The notes: generated by a model not told the origin, from the sequence alone. A stretch of DNA of 64,000 nt from Candidatus Bathyarchaeota archaeon (GCA_005884195.1 VBBP01000051.1:1550-65549), one strand, 5' to 3'; positions 7,428-17,042 are shown, counted from the first letter of the stretch. Numbers and translations: made by a program.

Positions 7428-10187
7428 ATGGAAATCCAACAAATACCGAAGGTTCCCCAAGGAGAATTCCGATATCAAAGATCCTACACGAAACCAGGCG
7501 TCCACCCATACGACGCGGTAAAATGGGAGATTCGAGACGCAGTCATCACCGATCACAAAGGACAGGTTATCTTCGAGCAGAAGAGCGTCGAAGTTCCCTC
7601 ATTCTGGTCCCAGACAGCCACAAACATCGTCGCCTCGAAATATTTCCGCGGCAGACTTGGGACCCCGGGAAGAGAGAGCAGCGTCAAACAACTCATAAGC
7701 CGTGTCTCGGGAACTATCGCCCGCTGGGGCAAGAAAGGAAACTACTTCCTCGATGAAGAGGAAGCCGAGACATTCGAGTCAGAGCTCACACATATCCTCC
7801 TACACCAGATGGCCGCTTTCAACAGCCCCGTCTGGTTCAACGTGGGAGTCGAGGATCGTCCCCAATGCTCTGCATGCTTCATCAACTCCGTTCAGGACGA
7901 CATGCGATCCATAATGCAGCTCGCCCAGACAGAAGGCATGCTCTTCAAGTACGGATCCGGAACAGGGTCAAACCTCTCATCTCTACGATCGTCAAGAGAA
8001 CACTTGTCGACCGGTGGAAAGGCCAGTGGCCCTGTCTCGTTCATGAAAGGCTTCGACGCGTTCGCAGGAGTCATAAAATCCGGTGGACGCACCCGTCGCG
8101 CGGCGAAAATGGTCATTCTGAACGTCGACCATCCCGATATTGAAGAGTTCATCTGGTCAAAAGCCAAGGAAGAGAAGAAGGCCTGGGCCCTAATCGACGC
8201 CGGTTACGACGGAGCCGTCGACGGAGAAGCCTACAGCTCTATCTTCTTCCAGAACGCGAACCATAGCGTCCGAGTCACAGACGAGTTCATGCACGCCGTG
8301 ACAGAGGACAAGGAGTGGAAGACACGATATATTACGAATCATCAAGTCGCAGACGTCTACAAGGCCCGGAACCTTGTGAGAGAGATGGCCGAGGCCGCCT
8401 ACATCTGCGGCGACCCTGGAATCCAGTTCGATACGATAGTCAACAAGTGGCATCCATGCCCGAACACGAATCGGATCAACGCATCCAACCCTTGCTCTGA
8501 ATACATGTTTCTCGATGACTCCGCGTGCAACCTTGCCTCCTTGAACCTCATGAAGTTCAGAGACGTGAACGGGGAGTTTGACGTCGAATCCTTCGAACAC
8601 GCAGTTGATATCGTGATCAGCGCCCAAGAGATTCTTGTCAGCAACGCAGGCTATCCCACCCCTGCCATTGAGAAGAATAGTCACGATTTTCGTCCGCTGG
8701 GACTTGGATACGCCAACCTAGGTGCCCTGCTAATGGCGCGAGGCCTCCCTTACGACAGTGACCAGGGGCGAAACTACGCTGCGGCCATATCCGCTCTAAT
8801 GTCCGGTCGAGCATACGCAGCGTCATCGCGGATAGCCAAGAGGCTAGGCCCGTTCAAAGGATACGCTGTAAACGAGAAACCATTTCTCAACGTGATCGAC
8901 ATGCACAGGGCCCACGCTTACAAGATTTCTGCAGAGGGAGTCTCCGAGGAGCTGTTGAAAGCCGCGCTCAAGTCCTGGGATGACGCTCTCTCCTTGGGCG
9001 AGAGGTTCGGGTTCAAGAACGCCCAGATATCCGTCATTGCGCCTACTGGAACGATCGCGTTCATGATGGACTGCGACACCACTGGCATCGAACCTGACAT
9101 TGCCTTGGTGAAATACAAGTGGCTCGTAGGAGGCGGAGTAATCAAGATAGTTAACAATACTGTTCCTGAAGCGCTAACCAAGCTCGGCTATTCCAAGACC
9201 GAGGCTGGCGAGATTCTCAAGTATCTTGAAGATCACGACACGATAGAAGGCGCTCCTCACCTCAAACAGGAGCACTTGCCTGTTTTCGATTGCGCTTTCA
9301 AGCCATCTAAGGGGACGAGAAGCATACACTACATGGGCCATGTCAAGATGATGGCCGCTGTCCAGCCGTTCGTCTCCGGTGCCATATCCAAGACGGTGAA
9401 CATGCCCGGCAACGTTTCCGTGGAAGAGATCGTCGAGACTTACGTTACCGCTTGGAAGATGGGATTGAAAGCCATTGCCATCTATAGAGACGGCTCTAAG
9501 AGGACCCAGCCGCTAACCACGACGATCCAAGACAAAAGCAAAGCAATTGAGAAGACGAAGGAGCAGGTGGTCTTCAAGCCCCTCCGACGTCGACTGCCAG
9601 AAGAGAGAGAAGCGATCATTCACAAGTTCTCGATCGCCCAGAACGAAGGCTATCTCATGGTAGGCCTCTACGATGACAACACTCCCGGCGAGATATTCGT
9701 GGTGATGTCGAAAGAAGGCAGCACAATATCGGGATTGATGGACGCGTTCTCAACCTCCATTTCTCTAGCCCTACAGTATGGTGTCCCATTGAAGGTGCTT
9801 GTGAACAAGTTCACCCATACAAGGTTCGAGCCAGCTGGCATAACGACCAACCAGGAGATCCGATTCGCCAAGTCCGTAGTCGACTATATCTTCAGATGGC
9901 TTGGCTTGAAGTTCCTTCCAAAAGAGGAACAGGACGCGCTAGGACTCGCTAGGACAACACTGGAGAACGGGACCCAGGTAAAACTGGTTGAGCCGGTTGG
10001 TGCAAAGACTGCGGATCCGATGATGGCAGAGATGAAGCCACACGAGACTCCCGAGCTAGCGACACCCCTCGCGAGCTTCGACAACCAATCCGACGCGCCC
10101 GCGTGTGAGAACTGCGGAATGATCATGGTCCGAGCGGGGTCCTGCTACAAGTGCAACAACTGCGGCAACACAAGCGGTTGTGGCTAG
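7428..10187 (+). CDS. nrdJ: Class II (B12-dependent) ribonucleotide reductase with C-terminal TSCPD and Zn-ribbon
   Basis: FNSPVWFN, QCSACFI, SNPCSE, APTGTI, GAISKTVN, YRDGSK; C-terminal CxxC...CxxCG..SGCG; RBS AGGAG upstream. Confidence 0.96.
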   Translation: MEIQQIPKVPQGEFRYQRSYTKPGVHPYDAVKWEIRDAVITDHKGQVIFEQKSVEVPSFWSQTATNIVASKYFRGRLGTPGRESSVKQLISRVSGTIARWGKKGNYFLDEEEAETFESELTHILLHQMAAFNSPVWFNVGVEDRPQCSACFINSVQDDMRSIMQLAQTEGMLFKYGSGTGSNLSSLRSSREHLSTGGKASGPVSFMKGFDAFAGVIKSGGRTRRAAKMVILNVDHPDIEEFIWSKAKEEKKAWALIDAGYDGAVDGEAYSSIFFQNANHSVRVTDEFMHAVTEDKEWKTRYITNHQVADVYKARNLVREMAEAAYICGDPGIQFDTIVNKWHPCPNTNRINASNPCSEYMFLDDSACNLASLNLMKFRDVNGEFDVESFEHAVDIVISAQEILVSNAGYPTPAIEKNSHDFRPLGLGYANLGALLMARGLPYDSDQGRNYAAAISALMSGRAYAASSRIAKRLGPFKGYAVNEKPFLNVIDMHRAHAYKISAEGVSEELLKAALKSWDDALSLGERFGFKNAQISVIAPTGTIAFMMDCDTTGIEPDIALVKYKWLVGGGVIKIVNNTVPEALTKLGYSKTEAGEILKYLEDHDTIEGAPHLKQEHLPVFDCAFKPSKGTRSIHYMGHVKMMAAVQPFVSGAISKTVNMPGNVSVEEIVETYVTAWKMGLKAIAIYRDGSKRTQPLTTTIQDKSKAIEKTKEQVVFKPLRRRLPEEREAIIHKFSIAQNEGYLMVGLYDDNTPGEIFVVMSKEGSTISGLMDAFSTSISLALQYGVPLKVLVNKFTHTRFEPAGITTNQEIRFAKSVVDYIFRWLGLKFLPKEEQDALGLARTTLENGTQVKLVEPVGAKTADPMMAEMKPHETPELATPLASFDNQSDAPACENCGMIMVRAGSCYKCNNCGNTSGCG

Positions 10188-10191
10188 GAAC

Positions 10192-10500
10192 CTAGTCTAC
10201 TTTCTCGACCAATAGCGTTAACCCATCAGCTCCCGTGACTCTCACACGAATCCCTTTTTGTATGATTCCCTTTGACGTCTTTGCAGAGAACTCCTCGCTG
10301 TTCACCAATACCGTGCCGGTGGATTCTGTGATGTCAGAAGTTGCATGACCAGTCGATCCAACTAACCTCTTGAGAGTCTCCTTAGTCAGATTAGAGGGCG
10401 GTTCTTTCTGGCCCGAAAACGCGTAGAATATGAACCAGACTACGAGACCTCCGACGATTGCTGCGATTAATCCCCACAACGCAATGTCGACAGCACTCAT
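10192..10500 (-). CDS. NfeD-family protein (single TM plus OB-fold)
   Basis: N-terminal TM, LVGSTG, GTVLVNSEEFSA, V.VTGADGLTLLV. Confidence 0.85.
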   Translation of the reverse strand: MSAVDIALWGLIAAIVGGLVVWFIFYAFSGQKEPPSNLTKETLKRLVGSTGHATSDITESTGTVLVNSEEFSAKTSKGIIQKGIRVRVTGADGLTLLVEKVD

Positions 10501-10705
10501 TTTGTTTTCTTCCTCAAACTACGAAAAATCAGCGGATTAAGTCTTGCTGATTCGCTACTCAGAATGCCGAGCATCACGCAGAACGGTTTCATGTCTTCTG
10601 ATCCATGCAAGGAGAATTTTCCGATAATCACTTGATGTGACTACGAGACGTGAACGGGCATTATAAGCGCGGATCGTATTGTTCTCTTCTTGAGGCGAAA
10701 AATTC

Positions 10706-10795
10706 ATGAAATGTTATACGCGTCAAAACCCCGAGAAGATCGAGACGACCGTCACCTGGATGAACAGGAACCCGTTGAGGCTAGCTCTCCGTTAG
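10706..10795 (+). CDS. Putative 29-aa leader peptide MKCYTRQNPEKIETTVTWMNRNPLRLALR
   Basis: Lies between TTATAAG (10661) and the next gene; its TAG overlaps the AGGAGGTGA RBS. Confidence 0.35.
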   Translation: MKCYTRQNPEKIETTVTWMNRNPLRLALR

Positions 10796-10807
10796 GAGGT
10801 GAGAGGT

Positions 10808-12037
10808 ATGGGCGATGTCACAGTACCCCGAAATGCCACTGTGAAACTGGCAAGGGTTGATGGCCAGCTTCACCTGCTGGAGAGGGCCAGGGTGCAGGCA
10901 GAAGGCGAATCGCCCATAGAAGTCTCAGGCGAGGTAATCTGTCAGGGAGATGCCGAGTTCGAAGGTAGCCTCTCCTGTTCAAGACTGAATGTTGATCATG
11001 GTAGGGTCGAGATATCAGGGGACTTAAACTCCACAGGCGAGATCGATGTGGAACACGGCGAGCTGCGGATTCATGGATCCCTAGACGCTAGTTCGGTGGA
11101 AGTTGATGCTAGATTGTTCGTTGGCAAGTCGGCAACAGCCCACGATTTCGACATAGGCGGAACGCTGGATGTTGGGGGCTCAATCACTGCGACCAAAGTC
11201 GATGTTGGAGGGTCGTTTAGGGTTGAAGGGGAAGCTAATGTGGAAGAGATCGATGTTGGAGGACGGGTCGAGGTCAACGGCCAGATCAAGTGCGTGAGAC
11301 TAGATGCTGGTGGAAGCGCTCAAGTTGGCGGAGGCGAAATCTCCCGGACAATAGATGTTGGAGGATCCTTCACATCCTCGAAGCCGTTGAAATTCGACAA
11401 GATCGACGTCGGAGGAACGGTTACCTTAGACGAAGGCGGAGAGGGTAGAACCATCGATGTCGGAGGAAGATTCGAGAGCAAAGGAAACCTCACCTTCGAA
11501 TCCATAGATGTCGGAGGGACGGTTGAAATCAGCGGAAACGGAGAGGGAGAGGAAGTCGACATTGGAGGCATGCTCGAAGTTTCCGGTAACCTCCATCTGA
11601 AACGGGACCTGGAGATCGGAGGAAAAGCCAGAATCGGAGGAAGCCTGAAACTTGCATCTCTAGAAGTCGGGGGTATGATAGAAGCCGATCTGATTGAGGC
11701 CGAGGACGAGGTCGAAGTAGGAGGACGTTTGCGCACAACAAAAGGGACGAGGGCGAAGACGATAGAGCTTGGCCATCGATCGGAAGCAATTGGTGTCTTG
11801 GTTGGCGGCCGCGTGAAGATTGGAGACAACGCGCGAGTCGAAGATGTCTATGCTGACACCTTGGAGATGGGCGAGAGGGCTAGAGCCGGAAACATCTACG
11901 CCAAAAACGTACGACTCGATTCTCGCTGTCGAATAAGTGGCGAGGTAAAGTACAGCGACAGGATTGAAACAGAGCCTGACGTTGAATTTGCGAAACCTCC
12001 TATGAAGACGGACGATTTACCAAAGCCTCCTCTCTGA
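10808..12037 (+). CDS. Bactofilin-like / polymer-forming beta-helix repeat protein
   Basis: About 15 (D/E)(V/I)GG repeats, mostly spaced about 17 aa; strong RBS GGAGGTGA. Confidence 0.75.
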   Translation: MGDVTVPRNATVKLARVDGQLHLLERARVQAEGESPIEVSGEVICQGDAEFEGSLSCSRLNVDHGRVEISGDLNSTGEIDVEHGELRIHGSLDASSVEVDARLFVGKSATAHDFDIGGTLDVGGSITATKVDVGGSFRVEGEANVEEIDVGGRVEVNGQIKCVRLDAGGSAQVGGGEISRTIDVGGSFTSSKPLKFDKIDVGGTVTLDEGGEGRTIDVGGRFESKGNLTFESIDVGGTVEISGNGEGEEVDIGGMLEVSGNLHLKRDLEIGGKARIGGSLKLASLEVGGMIEADLIEAEDEVEVGGRLRTTKGTRAKTIELGHRSEAIGVLVGGRVKIGDNARVEDVYADTLEMGERARAGNIYAKNVRLDSRCRISGEVKYSDRIETEPDVEFAKPPMKTDDLPKPPL

Positions 12038-12049
12038 GTTGGCTGGGCG

Positions 12050-12346
12050 TTGGCGAAACGGTCCCGTGTGGACATCTACTCTGAGATACTGGAGGCTCTC
12101 AAACGAAGAGGTCCGACGAAGATTACAAGGGTCTCTTATGCCGTCGGGCTTCCAGTTGACAGGATCAAGAAATTCCTCACAGACCTTTCTTCTTTCGGAC
12201 TGGTCAGAATCCTAGCGGCTGAAGATACGTCCTATTCGATAACCCATCGAGGTCTTGAATTCCTTGAAGCTTACTGGAAGCTCGAAGGATTCTTGAAATT
12301 CCTGGGAGAGAAAACGACGCTTGAGAGAGATTCCGGAGAAATCTAA
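12050..12346 (+). CDS. Archaeal winged-helix transcription regulator (HTH_45-like)
   Basis: KRSRVDIYSEILEAL...TKITRVSYAVGL...YSITHRGLEFL. Confidence 0.85.
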   Translation: MAKRSRVDIYSEILEALKRRGPTKITRVSYAVGLPVDRIKKFLTDLSSFGLVRILAAEDTSYSITHRGLEFLEAYWKLEGFLKFLGEKTTLERDSGEI

Positions 12347-12861
12347 GCCACGTAGCTCCTGTATTCCTTTTCGAATTCTCTAACGATCTCGAACTTTGGC
12401 AATCTTCTTGATCTTGACTCACCGTGATGCTGGAAGGTTATCTCCGGGAACATCACCGCGGGACCGTCAACCGCTAGCCTTGTGGCTGGGTGGTCCGGTC
12501 CCAGTATTCTAGAACAGATCTGACGCGTTAATCGCCGGACGTCTCCCTCATCGGCATAGCCAAGGGTATGGAGGTATTCGTGGAGTAGCGTATAGAACAC
12601 ATAGGCATTGATGTAGCGTCTGTCCTTGGCGAGATGAGTTATCTGGTCCAATAGGCTTCTGTTCATGACGATGAAGTTGGATCCCATTTGATGGAATGCT
12701 CCAATGTAATCGGGCAGGTCTGCGAGGCCCAGCATTAGACCGGTTCGTCGTCGGCCAATGCTAGTCTTGACTGATCTTTTGACGAGCTGGAAGACCTCCG
12801 AAAAGTTGAAGCTGCGGTCAAGGCTCTCTGAGACATCCAGGTTATTCTGAGATGCTTCCAT
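12343..12861 (-). CDS. Zincin-like metallopeptidase domain protein
   Basis: LLHEYLHTLG (HExxH) followed by a downstream E; start placed at ATG 12861. Confidence 0.75.
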   Translation of the reverse strand: MEASQNNLDVSESLDRSFNFSEVFQLVKRSVKTSIGRRRTGLMLGLADLPDYIGAFHQMGSNFIVMNRSLLDQITHLAKDRRYINAYVFYTLLHEYLHTLGYADEGDVRRLTRQICSRILGPDHPATRLAVDGPAVMFPEITFQHHGESRSRRLPKFEIVREFEKEYRSYVA

Positions 12862-12877
12862 TCGAGAATTTTTCCCA

Positions 12878-12896
12878 AGCACGTTGTCAACGTGCT
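12878..12896. promoter_or_regulatory. Perfect palindrome AGCACGTTG-T-CAACGTGCT, candidate operator
   Basis: 9-bp inverted repeat in the divergent intergenic region next to TATATAAG (about 12921). Confidence 0.5.
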
Positions 12897-12959
12897 CGAA
12901 AGTAGTTTCGGGCTTAGCGCTATATAAGGACTGGATTTTGCACCACTCAATCAGAGGAC

Positions 12960-13688
12960 ATGTCCCCGAACAATAGTAGAGATGAGTGGAGTAGTGTTGT
13001 CCGTGCCATCGAGGGTGCCTTGCCGATTTACGAATCCACTAGCGAGTGGATATCTTTAGGACTCGCTGGCCCTCTAAGGCGGCGGGCGGTTGCTTTTCTC
13101 CGATCCTACCAGAAAGAATGGGTCTTGGATTCCGGTACTGGTCCAGGGGTCTCCAGCCGGATGTTGCTGGTGGGTGGCTTCGAGAATATTGTGGGCTTGG
13201 ACCCTTCGATGCATCTGCTGAGATTTGCAAGGTCTCGTCTTGGACGCCGGTTCTGTCCGATTGTGGGAGTTGCGGAGAACCTCCCCTTCCGACCGGGGTC
13301 TCTGGGAGCTGTGATCGCGTGTTTCTCGTTAAGGGATGTGGTGAGCCTTGGTCGTAGTCTGGATGAGTTCGCGCGGGTCACGAGGCGTGGCGGTGGTCTC
13401 GCTGTTGTTGATATCGGCAAGCCCGACAGCGGATTTTCGAGAGCCTTGATTGGTTTCTACATTTCACATGTCATGCCCGTTCTGGCTCGCTTCTCGATTC
13501 GCGGAAGGACAGTTGGCAATCCGTTTAAGATGATCATTCCTACTTGGAAGAAGTTGCAGACCAACAAGCGACTGTCGAACCTCATCGAACAATCGTTCGG
13601 CCCCTGCGCATTGAAGAGTTTCCTGCTCGGAGGACTGGTTGTCTTCGAGGCGGATAGATTCTCAGTTTGGAAGGACATCCTCCAGTAA
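12960..13688 (+). CDS. Class I SAM methyltransferase (UbiE/MenG-like)
   Basis: VLDSGTGPG, GLDPS, GVAENLPF, FSLRDV, EFARV..GG. Confidence 0.85.
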   Translation: MSPNNSRDEWSSVVRAIEGALPIYESTSEWISLGLAGPLRRRAVAFLRSYQKEWVLDSGTGPGVSSRMLLVGGFENIVGLDPSMHLLRFARSRLGRRFCPIVGVAENLPFRPGSLGAVIACFSLRDVVSLGRSLDEFARVTRRGGGLAVVDIGKPDSGFSRALIGFYISHVMPVLARFSIRGRTVGNPFKMIIPTWKKLQTNKRLSNLIEQSFGPCALKSFLLGGLVVFEADRFSVWKDILQ

Positions 13689-13928
13689 GACTCGGAAGCG
13701 TTGCTGGATGAAGGTTCGGGTCTAGGATGCGTTCGTGAAGGGCGGGGTGCGTGAAAATTCGACCACCCCTGGGGGGGGTCCCATATTAGATAGCGAAAAG
13801 GCATGGTTACGCGAAAAGAAAAGTTACGGGAAAAAAATAGTTACAGAAGAGAGATTCTCGCCAAGAGAAGTTAGGGACGGGTAAGCAATCTTGAGGGAAG
13901 CAGGATTAATATCTTGAATGTTGAATGG

Positions 13929-15212
13929 CTACAGTTCTTCGCGGTTGAGGATTCCGTGCATTGCCGTACTAATGATTCGAACAGTCAGGTAGGATAGGAT
14001 GAAAACGGTAGCCATGACCGCGGCTATCCCTAAGCCCTCAATCCCAAGCTGTTGTAGGGCAGCTGATCCCCCGCCGAATAATAGCCCGTCAGGAATTGGA
14101 GAATTCCCCGATGCAACCGGGTTTCCTGAGGCAATCGCGAAAGTCCTCTGGGAAAAGAAGGCGATCATCAGGACTCCAAAGAGCCCGCCGAGCAAGTGTC
14201 CTGGGAACAGGCCGACAGGGTCAGAGAACCATTTGAATCTTGAGAACCATTTCTCACCTGCAAGGAAGAGTGGTCCGCCGATAAGTCCGAGAATCACCGC
14301 GCTGGCCGGGCTAACGAAGCCTGCGAGGGGGGTTATGATGATGAGCCCCATGAGAACTCCGTTGGTAGCATAGATCAGATCTGGCATCTTCTTGATCATT
14401 CGATAACGGAAGTACATGATCGAGAGAAAAGAGGAAGCGGCAGCAAGAAAGGTTGTAAGGACAACGGTCATCGCCGAGTTGTTGAAGGCAAGAACGCTGC
14501 CCGGGTTGAAGCCGAACCATCCAATCCATAGAAGTAGAATCGACAATGTAAGCCATCCGCTATTCAGCTTGTACGGTACCTGAACGCTCTCGATTCGTCC
14601 CCTCTTCTGCTCCTCTCTCCAGATCTGGAGTACAATTCCAAGCCCCGCGGCCCCGGCTGCTCCGTGGACCACTAGTCCTCCCGCGAAGTCAGCCATGCCC
14701 ATTCGAGCCAGCCAGCCTTGAGGATTCCAGATCCAAGCCGCTGGCAGATTCCAGATTAGAATGAAATAGACGATCGAGTAGGCGAAGAAGGCCTGCAGCT
14801 TCATCTTACGCAAGACAACGACTCCCACGAGGGCTAGTGTGACAGATGCAAAGGCTGTCTCGAAAAGGAAGTACGTCCCAGTTGTCAACCCCTGTCCGGC
14901 GGTGGACCACCAAGCACCAGTGAGCAGCTGATTTGCATCGGAGGAGAAACCTCCGAGGAAGAAGCCGTTGTAGCTTGGGTCTCCAATTATCCCGTTTATC
15001 GTCGGGGCAAACGCGGTGTTGAAACCGATGAAGGCCATGAAGAATATGGCCGAGCCCGTGATCAGCATCGTCTTCAGGAGGCTGACTTCCATCTCGGCGC
15101 CTAGCTCGCCCACTTCGAGGAAGCCGACCGCGACAGTCATGATGAAGACTAGGAGTCCACAAATGATGACCCAGAGATTATTTGCGAGCAGAACCTCCAG
15201 AGGTAGAGCCAT
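13929..15212 (-). CDS. amt: Ammonium transporter (Amt family)
   Basis: DFAGGLVVH, LWIGWFGFNPGS, NGVLMGLIIITP, D.V...GH; about 11 TM. Confidence 0.95.
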   Translation of the reverse strand: MALPLEVLLANNLWVIICGLLVFIMTVAVGFLEVGELGAEMEVSLLKTMLITGSAIFFMAFIGFNTAFAPTINGIIGDPSYNGFFLGGFSSDANQLLTGAWWSTAGQGLTTGTYFLFETAFASVTLALVGVVVLRKMKLQAFFAYSIVYFILIWNLPAAWIWNPQGWLARMGMADFAGGLVVHGAAGAAGLGIVLQIWREEQKRGRIESVQVPYKLNSGWLTLSILLLWIGWFGFNPGSVLAFNNSAMTVVLTTFLAAASSFLSIMYFRYRMIKKMPDLIYATNGVLMGLIIITPLAGFVSPASAVILGLIGGPLFLAGEKWFSRFKWFSDPVGLFPGHLLGGLFGVLMIAFFSQRTFAIASGNPVASGNSPIPDGLLFGGGSAALQQLGIEGLGIAAVMATVFILSYLTVRIISTAMHGILNREEL

Positions 15213-15588
15213 CTTCTTGTTTTCCCGCGCTCATTTTGGAATCGTGTTGAGATTTAAGCTGGGCGCGGGCGCATCTTTCTAGATGCCTACTAACCCGGGT
15301 ACGGTCAAGGCAGGCTTGAGGTCAGTAACAGCCAGTTTACAATAACTGGGGATGAACACAGGGATGAAGATGCCAACTCAGCTAAACCGCCTCTTCCGGC
15401 TCTATGCGTCAGGAAAGAAGGTCCCGACTGAAAACAAGCAGCCGCCTTCTCGCAAGGGTGGCGAACCCATGAGGAGGGACCCTAAGCATTCCCAAGTCAG
15501 GGAACCGCCCAAAGCCTCGCGTCACTCAAAAAATTCGATAAGGGCAAAAAAATGAGGGAAGGGTATCTAGGCCTCCCTTGTGGGGCTC

Positions 15589-15735
15589 CTAGTACCTGCG
15601 ATGCTTTTGGTAACAGTCCCTGCAGTAAACTGGTCTACCTTCTGTTGGCTGGAAAGGAACTTCAGTCTCCTTACCGCAGTCAGAACAGACGACTTTGTGC
15701 ATTGTTCTGGGACCACCGTACGAACCACGACTCAT
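15589..15735 (-). CDS. CxxC-x17-CxxC small zinc-binding protein, 48 aa (not in ORF track)
   Basis: MSRGSYGGPRTMHKVVCSDCGKETEVPFQPTEGRPVYCRDCYQKHRRY; RBS GGAGGTG upstream; T-run downstream. Confidence 0.93.
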   Translation of the reverse strand: MSRGSYGGPRTMHKVVCSDCGKETEVPFQPTEGRPVYCRDCYQKHRRY

Positions 15736-15858
15736 TCGGCCTAGTACACCTCCTATAATCCGCGATACCGTTCGTATCCGCTTACTAGGTTATAGACCTT
15801 CGGAGGGCTCTTAGATGAGGGAAATCGAGCTCAGGATCGGCGCTTGGGGCCCCCGGTG

Positions 15859-16530
15859 CTAGAGAGCTCCATGTCTGCTCAGAGCCTCAATAACATCGAC
15901 ATGATTTTTCTCTTTGGCGAAGGTGAGGGGGGTCTTTCCCTCTCCGGTCTTCGCGTTTGGGTCAGCCCCGTTGGCTAGTAGGAAGTTCACAAGTTCGAGG
16001 TTTCCGGTCTCAGATGCTCCCATTAGAGGTGAAAACCCCCCTTCGTACCTGTAGTTGACCTGCGCGCCTCGTTTCACGAGTAGCTTTGCGATCTCGGTGT
16101 GATTGTTAGCCACTGCGCCAGTCAAAGCGGTGAAACCTGTAGCATTCCTCGCTACCGCATTAACGTCCGCGCCCTTCGCAACCAGGTACTCTGTTGTTTC
16201 CCTCTGGCCCAAATACGCCGCAAGAGCGACAACCGCGAAGCCGTCTGGAGAGTAGGCGCTTGCGAGTGAAGGGTTCTGATCTATGAGGGATTTGACTGGG
16301 CCGAGCCTTCCTAAGGTCGAGGCTTCAAAAATATTGAGTTCGGGTTTCTTGGTGGCTATCGCTTCCGCGATACTCTTATGTCCGTGGTATAGTGCGAGGA
16401 GTATGGCTGAAACTCCATCCTTGCCCTTACTTCCCGCTAGGGCCGGGGTGACCTCTAGAAGCTGGTTGACTTTCGATAGATCGCCTTTCTGGACAGCTTC
16501 AAGGAACACGTCGATTTGCATACTTAGCAT
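15859..16530 (-). CDS. Ankyrin repeat protein
   Basis: Repeats such as G.TAL..A...N..EIAKLLV.RGA.VN and GFSPLMGA...LLANGADPN; start may be 16521. Confidence 0.93.
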   Translation of the reverse strand: MLSMQIDVFLEAVQKGDLSKVNQLLEVTPALAGSKGKDGVSAILLALYHGHKSIAEAIATKKPELNIFEASTLGRLGPVKSLIDQNPSLASAYSPDGFAVVALAAYLGQRETTEYLVAKGADVNAVARNATGFTALTGAVANNHTEIAKLLVKRGAQVNYRYEGGFSPLMGASETGNLELVNFLLANGADPNAKTGEGKTPLTFAKEKNHVDVIEALSRHGAL

Positions 16531-16552
16531 AGCTAATCATTAGCCATGCTAA
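16524..16552. promoter_or_regulatory. Tandem palindromic operator TTAGC-N3-GCTAA x2 (probable MarR sites)
   Basis: TTAGCATAGCTAA 16524-16536 and TTAGCCATGCTAA 16540-16552, next to TATATATA between divergent ankyrin and MarR genes. Confidence 0.75.
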
Positions 16553-16592
16553 TATATATACGTTGGTGAATGCTTACGAGTAGGGTCTTCAT

Positions 16593-17042
16593 ATGAAGAG
16601 AAAACTCGGCGAGCTCAGGCTCGAAGAGGTGGGGAGGAGCCTCCACAGTAACGCGATCCATCTTCTGCGTGATGTCAGAATCGAAGATTCAGCCATGGGA
16701 ATCGGACCGGCACAGGCCTCCGCCCTGTCGGTGGTCGTCTTCGGTGGTCCACATTCGTTGAACGAGCTGGCAGAGGTAGAGCAGGTCAGGCCGCCAACCA
16801 TGAGCCGCGTAGTCGAAGCCCTCGTAGGAGAGGGACTTGTACGAAGGGAAGCAAATAGCAACGACAGGCGCTCAGTAATAATCTCCTCGACAGAGAAGGG
16901 GACGAAAATCATTCACGAAGGACGAAGTCGACGTGAGAAACGACTGATCAAGTTACTTTCTCAACTTGATGCTGACGAGATTAGGTGCCTGGGAAAGGCT
17001 TCTGAAATTCTATCAAGAGTCCTGGTTGCAGAACATTCCTAA
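16593..17042 (+). CDS. MarR-family transcription regulator
   Basis: LNELAEVEQVRPPTMSRVVEAL..GLV.R....DRR...TEKG. Confidence 0.93.
   Translation: MKRKLGELRLEEVGRSLHSNAIHLLRDVRIEDSAMGIGPAQASALSVVVFGGPHSLNELAEVEQVRPPTMSRVVEALVGEGLVRREANSNDRRSVIISSTEKGTKIIHEGRSRREKRLIKLLSQLDADEIRCLGKASEILSRVLVAEHS

Noticed and set aside
15352..15555. 67-aa basic ORF between amt and the CxxC gene
   Set aside because: No recognisable motif; cannot be distinguished from a chance ORF.
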